NCBI GenBank assembly: GCA_910592345.1
Contig: CAJVPI010000335.1
Span: 1-34,748, forward strand
DNA from: Paraglomus brasilianum
Lineage: Eukaryota
Direction: 5' to 3'
DNA length: 34,748 bases
Each line of letters starts with the position of its first letter. Position 1 is the first letter of the stretch. The notes under the pieces were generated by a model. That model was not told where the DNA came from, searched no databases, and saw only the letters and a program-made list of their open reading frames with translations. Below, one piece after another: positions 24,705 to 34,748 of this stretch. The position numbers and the translations under genes are program-made.

Positions 24705-25718
24705 ATGAATCCTTCCACAGAATATGATGACGACCTACGGCCACCAAGACTTCCCTTGACTCCGTTTTTGTTTTATGTTTCACACATGACGGCTATGATG
24801 TCGGTTCCGATTAATTTCGATCCAATGATACAAGCAAGACAGTTTGGTGTGGACTGGCAGGCCATGACACCAGAAGCGCGAGCTCCTTGGGAGAAGAAAG
24901 CAGAAAAAGATAAAGAAAAGTACTGTGAAGATATAGAAGTTTACCTAGTCAAATACAGGGCGGCGATGGGTGCAGCAAGCGAGTTGATGATGGAAACAGT
25001 CGTGAACAACGATGATGACGCGGGAGTTATGAATGATCGAGAGCTTGAAGATTCATTGGACGGAATTCTTTATATACCTGAGTTTACTGAAGATAACAGC
25101 GCTAATACTATACAATCCGACAGCCTTCCCAGTAACGGCAGCTATACTTACTCCGATGATGTAAACGGTAATATGCAAGAAAATACTCGTAATATGGACT
25201 CTTCCTTATCCGACGACAACCCCTTTACAACCTGCTCACCTGGTAATACCGCTTCTACCGTTGAGAGGCTTTCTCCTAGATGCCCACCAATCGAAAATGT
25301 CCAATCCAGCTCGGTTGATTCCCTGAACGATGCCGAACCGCCGCTCTCTTATTATCTCTTTGCTGACCACATTCGTTCTCAAGTTTGGAAAATGCACCCC
25401 CGATATCCTGAAGAAGATATCACCATTTTCGTACACGATCAATGGAACCAATTAGCACCAAATGTGAGATTTGCGTGGGAAGCGAAAGCGAACGAGCTGA
25501 TTTCGTCTACTCCGCATAACGCTTCGGATAATCCATTAAATGTAAACAATGATGAAAATCAGGAACATCTCGCCAGCAATCAACATACAGGAACAAGACG
25601 AACAGTGTCATTATTGCACGAGACACAAAATACACTTCGATCCCCCGCCCCAAGGGGGTATAATAAATCTAGTGTATTTCGAAATATGTCGTCAATAAAT
25701 CCTACTTTTGAAAAGTAG
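24705..25718 (+). CDS. Intronless protein with two HMG boxes (337 aa) separated by an acidic/Ser-rich linker
   Basis: ATG at 24705 within ORF 24552-25718. Box 1: PRLPLTPFLFY...ARQFGVDWQAMTPEARAPWEKKAEKDKEKY. Box 2: PPLSYYLFADHIRSQVWKMHP...VHDQWNQLAPNVRFAWEAKA. Confidence 0.88.
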   Translation: MNPSTEYDDDLRPPRLPLTPFLFYVSHMTAMMSVPINFDPMIQARQFGVDWQAMTPEARAPWEKKAEKDKEKYCEDIEVYLVKYRAAMGAASELMMETVVNNDDDAGVMNDRELEDSLDGILYIPEFTEDNSANTIQSDSLPSNGSYTYSDDVNGNMQENTRNMDSSLSDDNPFTTCSPGNTASTVERLSPRCPPIENVQSSSVDSLNDAEPPLSYYLFADHIRSQVWKMHPRYPEEDITIFVHDQWNQLAPNVRFAWEAKANELISSTPHNASDNPLNVNNDENQEHLASNQHTGTRRTVSLLHETQNTLRSPAPRGYNKSSVFRNMSSINPTFEK

Positions 25719-28526
25719 TTTGCATTCACATGAACCGAAGAAACGTGCTTAAACTATGTTATGTTCGTCCCGAAATATTTTCAAAATTATTACGCAAGTT
25801 GTTCATTTCGCTCCATCGTAGCCTTACATAACTACTAATTATATAATAAGAATTATCAACATGCATAATAACATAATCGCAAAGTTCATGCATATCGTAC
25901 AACCCGAAAAAACCATTACCAAACTATTTATTATTAAATTATCCCTTGCATAAGTTGGTAATGTTGAAGCCTGTGTCATAAAACGTAGTCCCGTCGATAC
26001 TCTTATTTTCCTGGTAATCCAATCTTTACCATTTGCGTGACTTTTTGAGAGAATAAACCATTGCTTTTACAACGTTCACTAATGTTTTAGGCAAAAACCT
26101 GTACGGAGAAAACCAATTCTACGTCCTAATTTCCCTAGGAACACCCGTACGACAACTTGAATAATCGTCATCTATCCAGAGTCAAGTTAATGTTTGGAAG
26201 GAAAACAGCTGTAGACAACTTAATAATCATTTCGCTTTAGCTTGTTTACTAAGTCTTTCCCCAAACACTACCTTCAAATAATAATCAATTTGGTGGGATT
26301 GATAAATAAAAGCGTAAGCTAATTATGGGACTCTATTAATTTATGACGATAAAACCTCTGCTCTTACAAAGTTCATTCATTGCTCTAGCTGTTGTAGCAA
26401 TCAATAGTTCTTTTGCCTTTTTTTTCTCTTCTTCGTAACTAGACTTTCTTCCCTTTCGGTATGATACTCCAGCTCCCCTTAATTTACAGCTGGATGTTAC
26501 TTTAACTTCTGTACGCGGTTTATTTTAGCCTTCTAATCATAGTCACTTCCGTTCAAAGAGAATATTAATTATATAATTTGACGCGTCTTTTCAAGGAATT
26601 TCTTATAACCGTTCTCAGCCGCTCCTAGTGAATGAGTTCTTTTGAATACTTGTTGGACGATAGATTTAATTAAGTCTGCCCATTAATCTAGAATTTTACC
26701 TGACACGAAAGTACCTTCAACGGGAATTTAGCATTTATAAAAGGCAGGGCAGGGACAACTGTCCAAATTTGTTGATTGACGTAGCATCATTATACTGCTT
26801 AGGAATGCGGGCATCTTATGTTTTTAGTTATTATTACAAGCACTACTCGTGAGGGTTGACAATTTTGCTAGCTGATGTGTGATGCTGATACAGCGAAATT
26901 AATCTGAGTGATGTTAACAAATTGATCTAATAAAGGTGTATTAAGGAGCAGCAGATCCATGGTTCCCAGAGAAGCAAATCGGAAATGAAAAGGTTATTGC
27001 GAAAAAAAGTATTAGATACTCGAAAATAGAATTTGGTAATTATGAGCTTATTAGTTCCTTGCACTGACATACCTCTCCGTTTTGTAACAAGAGGATCGAT
27101 TAATTTAGCGGCATATTAAATGACTGTGGAATAATCCAGCAATGTAGAGAAACTCCCCCCATCTGGCGTAACGGCCACAGAAATTGTAGGAATATAGTCT
27201 ATGTATTGAAATGAGAACGCCGTAGGTTAGAGTTGAGACGGGTCGTGGGGTAGAAACTCAAGAGATCTAATGAAGAATACCTGAATGAGATGTAACGGCT
27301 TTCATCAAATATAGACGATCAATTCTATAGCGTGGATAGCTCGGCCAGTATGACGCCGCTAGAATGGATGGTTTCATCAATGGAACGAAAACTCGAACGG
27401 ATGAGATGATTCTCGTCGAATGTAAAGCTCGATAGCTTGTCATTATAATACAGCACCAGGGCATCGGAAAGTATATGATAGTATTGAATGACAGCTTGGC
27501 GGGCTAGGGTTTGAGAAGAACAAGATGAAGATCTATAGAAGGATATAGGGAAAAGGTTCATTGAATCTCGTTAGATAATGGTGGTAATGAAGAGTGGTAC
27601 AACTATCGCAAAACGCAACTAACATACAATGGCACCGCTGCTCCGCAAACCCAGTACGCATGGCTGTAATCATGTTAATGCATATTGGCCCATGCCCGTA
27701 GAAGACACGGCGTCAGTTAAAGTCGCTATGTCTATTTTTTCACTTCATTAAATACGATTTGCTTCGCGTGATGCTTTCGCTCTTGGCCCATAATTTGCCA
27801 AATTGTCCCCAGAATGCAAGTCCTTTAAACAATTGACTAGATCGCTGTGATTGACTGTGGTGTCGTTGTGACTACTGATTACAGATTAAGAAAAATCAGT
27901 AATCAACATACAAGATTAGCAAAAACGAACAAAGAGAGGAGAACCAACTCTTAAATAAACATTACATACTTCCAACACGAGGCAATACTATCTATGGTGT
28001 AATCACAATAGGAGTGTATGTCGTAGGTCGATAGGTTGATGGTATCTGAATCAACGGGTCCATACCCTGTCCTGGCACCATCGACGTGATTAGAACGAGG
28101 CGTAGCAGAGACTTGGTTATTTTCTGACATTTTGCTTTTTCGCGAGTAGCGTGTGCAAAGTATGCGTAGACATCTTCATGTATGCTTAGTTTCTGTTTCT
28201 TTGTTAGATTGTTAAACGAACAGAAACATCTGAGAGACATATATCTTCCGATATAGAGAATATGTATTTTGTGTATACAATCTTACCTATCTGATCTCTA
28301 CCCGGCACTGCAGTGAACGATTGACGATGCTGTAGTACTGTTATGCGTATTTAATGTTGTATTTCCACGATTTACGTAATTGCCGATCTATCAAAAAAGG
28401 ATCTGATCTCCAAACTATATGAAACGTTTTCTTCGTATAACTAACTGATTAAGTTCTCAAGGCAAGCACAACATCAGTAAATCTTACTCTTTACATGAAA
28501 AATTTTTATAAAGTTAATAAAACCAT

Positions 28527-28597
28527 AGTTCTAGCAGAGGTCGAATTTACGACCGCGAGGTTAGCAGTACCGCTCTAGCCAATGAGCTATTGTGATC
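28527..28597 (-). pseudogene. tRNA pseudogene or tRNA-derived SINE head
   Basis: Reverse strand: TAGCTCATTGGCTAGAGC (A box/D arm), loop CTGCTAA, GGTCGTAAATTCGACCTCTGC (degenerate B box/T arm). Acceptor and anticodon stems pair poorly. Confidence 0.65.
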
Positions 28598-29994
28598 CAG
28601 CGGATGGAATTGTGTTATTTTTCCTATATTGATCCGTTTTCCTCCAGATAACTAGCCGTCGTGTTTGAATAATGATACTGCCACTTCTACCTCTCTACAT
28701 CTACTCACCAAAATGATATCAATGACAAGTCTATGTCATACATTTAATAGCCATAATGTGTCTACGCAACCGAAATATAAGCAGCTAAACATGAATACCA
28801 TAGAGTCCTACTTTGGTAGACACTTATTAAAATTGAATTCAACATACTTCCCTACTTAGTGCAGCATCAAGCTAAAAGCTATAAAAAAAGAGAGTCTGAA
28901 ATACTAAAAAGTAATTACAGATATGTCTGTTATCTATAACAAATAGCATAAATAATAGCTCGTTTAAAAGCTAAAGAGATATAGATTACTATTATTGAGA
29001 AGCCAATTTGAAATGTACTCTCCTTTAGTTTTTAAACAGGTTTACATTCTCGTTTTATTGAGTTTAAAAATTAAATTATAGTCTGTTCTGGTCTCAAATT
29101 ACTCACCCCGCAACCGTCATTGATTAATTTTTTCGCGTTTTGACGTTCATACTTATGCCATAAATTTTATGCGGGCACAAGTATTGGCTGTTCCGTCTAT
29201 AGTTTGTAAGGTATGTAATAAATTGACTAGGTAACTTGTATCTTTGTTATCTCAAATAATTTTAGTCTTTCAATGTAATTTATTCATGGCACATCGAATA
29301 AACAATCTGGAGAATTTACAGGACAGAATTATTTCAACCTTTGGCACATTTAGTTTCAAGGCAAGATTTCATACTTACTAAATTTAATAACAAACATCGG
29401 GTATCGTGGTGTCTGCTGCTTATCTGCCATTCGCATATTCAAGTTCTGATTCTAAACAATTCATTGCTAATCCATTCGGACAAGTGGTAGAAGCGGTGGG
29501 GGACAGTGGTGAAAAGAATATTTGATATTACATCCCCCTCGACAGGATAGTGAGTTAGAGATAGCCAGACTAACTTTAAATAAACGTTTCTCAGGAATCC
29601 CCTTATATTGACTTTAATAGCGATCTTGATGATTGTTTAATCATATTAATATACAGTTATAGCACGAATATTTTCACTAATTATTGTTTTACCCTTAGAA
29701 ATAGAAATTCTCCATGTTTCATAGCATAGCCTTAACGCTTATCATACAATTCATATCCTTTACACATCTCTCCTGCGGCCACAGAAGAAAACGTTTAAGC
29801 AAAAAATTGCTACTAGATTATAATAAGAAATATATTTATCAGACACGAAACAAAAGAACCCTAATTGCTCAATATTCAGCAAGACATGATATATAAATTA
29901 AAAACAAAAAAAGACAATAACAAAAACAAAAACAAAAGCAATACATCCGGATTTATTGGTTTCACTCGTTCCTATTAAAATAAGCAAATGGTCA

Positions 29995-30268
29995 GCCCTC
30001 CTGGACTCTCGGCAAACAGACCCATTTGACGTTGGTGAGATTCCGAACGTATATGATACTGGAAACCGTTCTCATCACGGTACTGTATTCTGACACATCT
30101 GACAATACCAACGTAACTTTTGAAGGCCTTTGCCTAATAGACGACCAAATAATTTAATAGATTAGATCAGATCGCCCAAACTGAAAATATGCGACAAGCC
30201 AGTTCAGTCGACTAGTACCTTAATTCTGTTGGCTATAGCCTTTGGAGTCAGGAACTCGTGCTTGGCAT
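29995..30268 (-). pseudogene. KIN17: KIN17/Rts2 5' fragment pseudogene (C2H2 zinc-finger region), intron retained
   Basis: M..HEFLTPKAIANRIK | intron 30218-30134 (GT..AG) | AK.LQKLRWYCQMCQ...RDENGFQYHIRSESHQRQMGLFAESP. About three frameshifts; the rest of the gene is absent. Confidence 0.92.
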
Positions 30269-30319
30269 ATTTAAGTTGTTTGAGTAAACATATACTTCGA
30301 GATTCAAACTAGACAATAA

Positions 30320-30401
30320 TATGTGTGGGTTGGGGGCGACCGTGTAGTAGATAAACGTTATCGTCGTCATCGTCTTTTTCTCCTCCGACGTCTATGATTT
30401 T

Positions 30402-30495
<94 letters not shown>

Positions 30496-30745
30496 GCTGT
30501 TGTTGTTGCCGCCGTCGCCGCCGCCGCTTCTGCTGTTGCTGCTGCTGCTGTTGTTATTTTTGTTGTTGTTGTTGTTGTTGTCTCATGAATGGGAGGTGTG
30601 TGGGTGGGAAGTGTGGGACGACCGTGTAGTAGACGTTATCGTCGTGGCGTCTTCTTCTTCTCCTCCTCCTCCTCCTATGACTTTTGCCGCCGCCGTTGTT
30701 GTTATTGCTGTTGTGGTGGTGGTGGTAGTGGTGGTGGTGGTGGTG
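30320..30745 (+). repeat. Two tandem diverged units carrying trinucleotide microsatellites: (GCT)n, (GTT)n, (GCC)n, (TCC)n, (GGT)n
   Basis: Unit core CGACCGTGTAGTAGA..CGTTATCGTCGT...CTATGA.TTTTGC at ~30337 and ~30618; long (GCT)/(GTT) arrays at 30403-30580. Confidence 0.9.
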
Positions 30746-31829
30746 AGAACGTCTTCGTCTGGGGCATAATAATTAATGTATGTTTGTGGTAAGTCGTAGT
30801 AGTATAACACATTTTAATGGGTTATGGGTAAACGGCGAGAGCTTAATAGATGATGTGAAGACGAAGGGATGGAAATAATGAGTGTGGAAAGTATAACTCG
30901 TGAAACAACCAGATGTGGGATTTTTGGGAATCAAATAGCATATTTATAATGAATGAATAACTTACTGCAAACTTGAAAAACAGTTGATAATGCTGATCAG
31001 TGATTAGTATTGGTTACTTTCCATTGTCCTGAAAGTCTGCAGTAGATGTGTTTGAAATATTTGGTCTCCGTTCCGATATATCAATGAACAAATAATTAGC
31101 TTTTTGTGCAGATGTAGTACCATGATACTCTACCTATGTACACACTTCCCAATAAGTCGTATATGAAGAATAGTATAAAGGAAAAAAAATTTTATACGTT
31201 TTTAAAGGTGGCTGTGTCCGTAATTAAATAGGTAAAAAGCTTGCCTAAAAAAGGCCACTGCCTTTGTACAAGTTATTGTAAAGTTACTTTATTATATGTG
31301 TACTTGAGAAGAAGAGAAATTTAACTAATTATATCTTGAGTAATTTTCTATTGAATGTATTGATGTAATATCGTTGTCGATCATGGTGACAATGAAATGC
31401 ACAATCTTGGTAAAGGGACATCCGAACAACTAACTTTCTTAAAAGAATATCCGCAACAGAACAGAATACATACTTTGCGAAGGATTTTACGCCTTCTTCT
31501 CAATGGGGTTTGCCACTGTTTTCTTAATTTGAGCGCATGCATATCACCCCGTGATATCGGATCTTGCGACTTTAAGTGTGTCGTGCTACCACAGTCATTC
31601 ACTTGTTGTGTGTAATGTCTCACAATAACTAAATGATCGATGTGTTTTCGTCACACAAATTTCATATAGTGATATTAATTTTTATGAACAGGAAAAAGCA
31701 TTGAAATAGAAATGCTATCAGTCATTCGATAAACCTAATGCATAATTGTTTGTCTCGTTGTCATTACTGTCCCCTCGTATCAAGGAAGACAAAAGGGAAA
31801 TAAAGTTCAAGATGGGCGTCCGGTAAAGA

Positions 31830-32320
31830 AAGAACACCTACAAAACGATTATCGATTGTCCGATAGATGGTCGAGATCTAGATTTTTACCTCCAACTATT
31901 ATTCACCACTGTTACCAGGAAGGAATAAGGCAAACACAAATAATGCTCAAAGACATTTTGTTTATTCGAGCAGAGAACGGAAGAGGTGCTTTACAAAAAC
32001 CCATATAGTGGCGCAAGCTTGTTTAACAACGTTTCAAATTGTTTAAACTATATTATCTATTGTATTATTAATCACTATTTGTTTCTTTCTCCCCCTCTTG
32101 TTATCTTTATGATCCTGTCACAAGACCAGACATCATAATGTACTGTATAAATAATATATTGGTAATTTTGAATGCACATTTGTACTATTATTGGATCGGA
32201 AGAATTTCAATCACTGATCGAATCCATCTTACAGAGAATATTTCTGATTTGGAACGTCGATATGCACCGCCTCCGAGAAAATACAAAAAACAGGATTGAG
32301 GCGCACAATACTATATCTGT
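31830..32320 (+). pseudogene. Possible degenerate single HMG-box (MATA-HMG-like) gene with intron
   Basis: FCLF...VLYKNP...NNVS, then an intron-like gap ending TTACAG (~32234), then ISDL..YAPPPRKYKKQ..EAHN. The helix pattern and intron position resemble an HMG box; several frameshifts are needed. Confidence 0.35.
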
Positions 32321-34748
32321 ATTCATTCTGCCATTGAGATTATCCATTTAAGCTTCAGTTGTTGATAGGGTGGGCGTATTATGCATAAGATAACTCATGT
32401 AAGTTGCATGTGTTGCTTACAGTCAGTCTCCTTGTGACGACGCTTATCATTCGCATCTCCAACTATACGCATCACATCTCTTCTATTTATCTTCCCTTTT
32501 TTAGTGTTTGTTATGGAAAAAAAGTGTTTGGTGCTGCATGTAATGAAAGAATAATGCATAACAACTCCAAAGGCTTTGTAAACGGGGGAATGGGGGAACA
32601 GGGGAACCTGTATTGTATCATCAGCGTTGTGTGTGCTATTAACAGCAACCGTTTTATTGGCTATTTTCGCTTTGACCAAATAACATTTGCAACAGAACTT
32701 GGAGTTGTTGGAACATATAATTGAAACAGCCTATAACAGCACGATAATATGTAAATGGGACGTTCTAGTTACGGTATTATCCAGGCAGTTGTTAAAGAAC
32801 GTACCAGGTGGGCTTGCAAAAGAAATAGCAAATTTTCGTTGCCGGCTTCAGAGCAGCTTTACATTTATTGAATATATTTTGTTCATTATTGTTTTCTATT
32901 ACTTGCTCACTTATTCTGGTAATTAACAAAAATTTATTCTTCCAACTGTCATTCGAGTATTGTCTTGCCAATTTAATTTGCGTGAGTTCTGACACTTGAA
33001 GCAGAGAATATTTATGCCATTTTTTATTAGCACGCAAGGAGAATACCTTCCTTCCACTGTACGCCATATCATTCTGAACCTAAATTTTGCCTTTGTTCAT
33101 AATGCACTGATTCTAGTGGTTTGACGTTTGTTTGTTTTTTCACTAGCGGGTAGTTATTGGCCAACCTACGAGAGAGGTAACAAACAATTTGAGGTATAAC
33201 CAAGACAACAAATAACAGTTCCGATGCATTATCGAATATCTACGCGACATTCATTCTGAGGGAGCTACATATGTACGTTGCCAACTCCTTTATTGATGTC
33301 AATATTGTAATCAAAACACATATCAGCTCCAACGGCTATGCTTTCAAATTGACCGATGATTAAGTTCAAACAATAGAAGACCTGAAATCGCATTTTGTCG
33401 CCGTGATAAAGGTTCTAATTTATTCAAACATTGTATGCTAAGTAATGGAGGGTTTACAGTCAAATTTCACGTTGCCAGCATCAGTGTTAATACTGCATTA
33501 CTTAAATGTGCGCGTAAATGGAATCTTTCAATTAAAAACTGGTAGAATCAAAGGTCTGGTCTTATTAAAATATAAACTGCGGAATATTTCTTATCTCGTG
33601 GACTAGTCTGGGTTGTTAATAAAAATAAAAGTCCGATGCTTGTTTTTCAAAAGTGTAATTATTGTTGCGTTTTCTAACTATACAAGCAAAAGGTTTCAAT
33701 CCAGTAGATGTAGGCAAAACACCAACATTGGAACCACGTTAGAAAATAAACTCTTCATATGCTCGATAAGCACATTGAACTAAATGTATAAAGACAATAT
33801 GTATTAACCTCAATCTTACCACAATAATAATAACATTGTACCAAAGCTTTTTGAGCGAACAAATTAATATCAAAGGTATACAGTATGTTTCCGTAGTTAT
33901 ATCTGTATTAGTTAGTTATACATTAAAATAAGCTCTCGCTCGAAACAACCAACTACGAGACGTGCTAGGTGCATAAAAAATTTAAAGATAACGTTCACTA
34001 AATGATTACAAATAAGAACGGAGCAAAAAAGTCTCGCTGTTTTATTTGTTCAACTAGTACGAGATAAGCTACAAGATCTTTTGAGATTGCAACTATCTAT
34101 CGACCATTCACAAATGGGATCTTATGAATAAACCGTGAAGGAGGTATCTGCCATTTCTCATAATTCGCAAAACATACAGATTGACGGTGTGTAATTGTTA
34201 CTTGAACAATCAGCTATTATTTGTATTTATTACTCTTAGCTACCGCAGATATATGTTAGTTCTGACACTGGTTCACGTCGCTCCGTACTTTGATAGATTG
34301 GAATGAATAAACAAATAGAGCTCAATCTGTAATCCGATAATAATAATACATCATGCGCGCTTTATTATACTGTATTGTGGTTTTTTTATGTAAATGTGTA
34401 GTTTTGTAATCGCTCTTAAACTGTTGCTGTCATCTAATTATTGATTCACGAGTACCATCTTCCAGCTATAGCATAGCAGATTATTCACTCATCAATGCTA
34501 AAACGGTATTATTTGAATTAATCTTCGAATTAATTATTTACGTCCACATGGTACAGTGGTGCGGGTACCTTAAATGGGGTACTTGCCGATCTAAAAACGT
34601 GTCACTGATCTCCTCATAAAAATCTTTATTTTGAAATGTAAAACCTCATATCTATGGTGCAAGGCACCTACAGTCATCAAACAAATTCATGCAACTTTAA
34701 AACCTATCTAGTCCACCAATTTAAACAATATTAAAAATGTAAACCGTA

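Noticed and set aside
24705..25718. Mucorales sex locus (sexP/sexM)
   Set aside because: Two HMGB-like boxes rather than one, and no tptA or rnhA flanking genes in the window
26000..27600. Minus-strand exon-like fragments
   Set aside because: Probably decayed coding DNA, but no family could be recognised
29280..29550. Two exon-like pieces (NNLENLQDRIISTFGTFSFK; FIANPFGQVVEAVG)
   Set aside because: In-frame stop and no identifiable homology
30394..30792. Plus-strand poly-Leu, poly-Val and poly-Ala ORFs
   Set aside because: Artefacts of trinucleotide microsatellites; no coding evidence
32395..33067. Overlapping ORFs on both strands, possible LRR/F-box relic
   Set aside because: No convincing repeat periodicity or motif

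Overview
AT-rich, intron-rich eukaryotic DNA, almost certainly fungal. Mucoromycota/Glomeromycotina is inferred from the kinase-Sel1, HMG-box, Git3-like GPCR and Tc1 content. Only two genes look intact: a 10-exon gene (283-2096, +) encoding an acidic N-terminus plus a coiled-coil/half-hinge piece of SMC5 with no ATPase heads, and an intronless protein with two HMG boxes (24705-25718, +). The rest is largely decayed gene pieces: an RNAi RNA-dependent RNA polymerase, a kinase-Sel1 gene, mitochondrial GatA, KIN17, a probable ARID4-like gene, a 7TM receptor, a probable second HMG box and a tRNA-like relic. There is also an internally deleted Tc1 transposon and several local duplications. The most striking observation is a ~390-bp remnant of a bacterial/giant-virus-type IS607 element inserted in the RdRP pseudogene. 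It shows serine-recombinase TnpA motifs in one frame and the TnpB/Fanzor2 N-terminal motif in the overlapping frame. All family assignments come from motif recognition by eye; no database searches were run.
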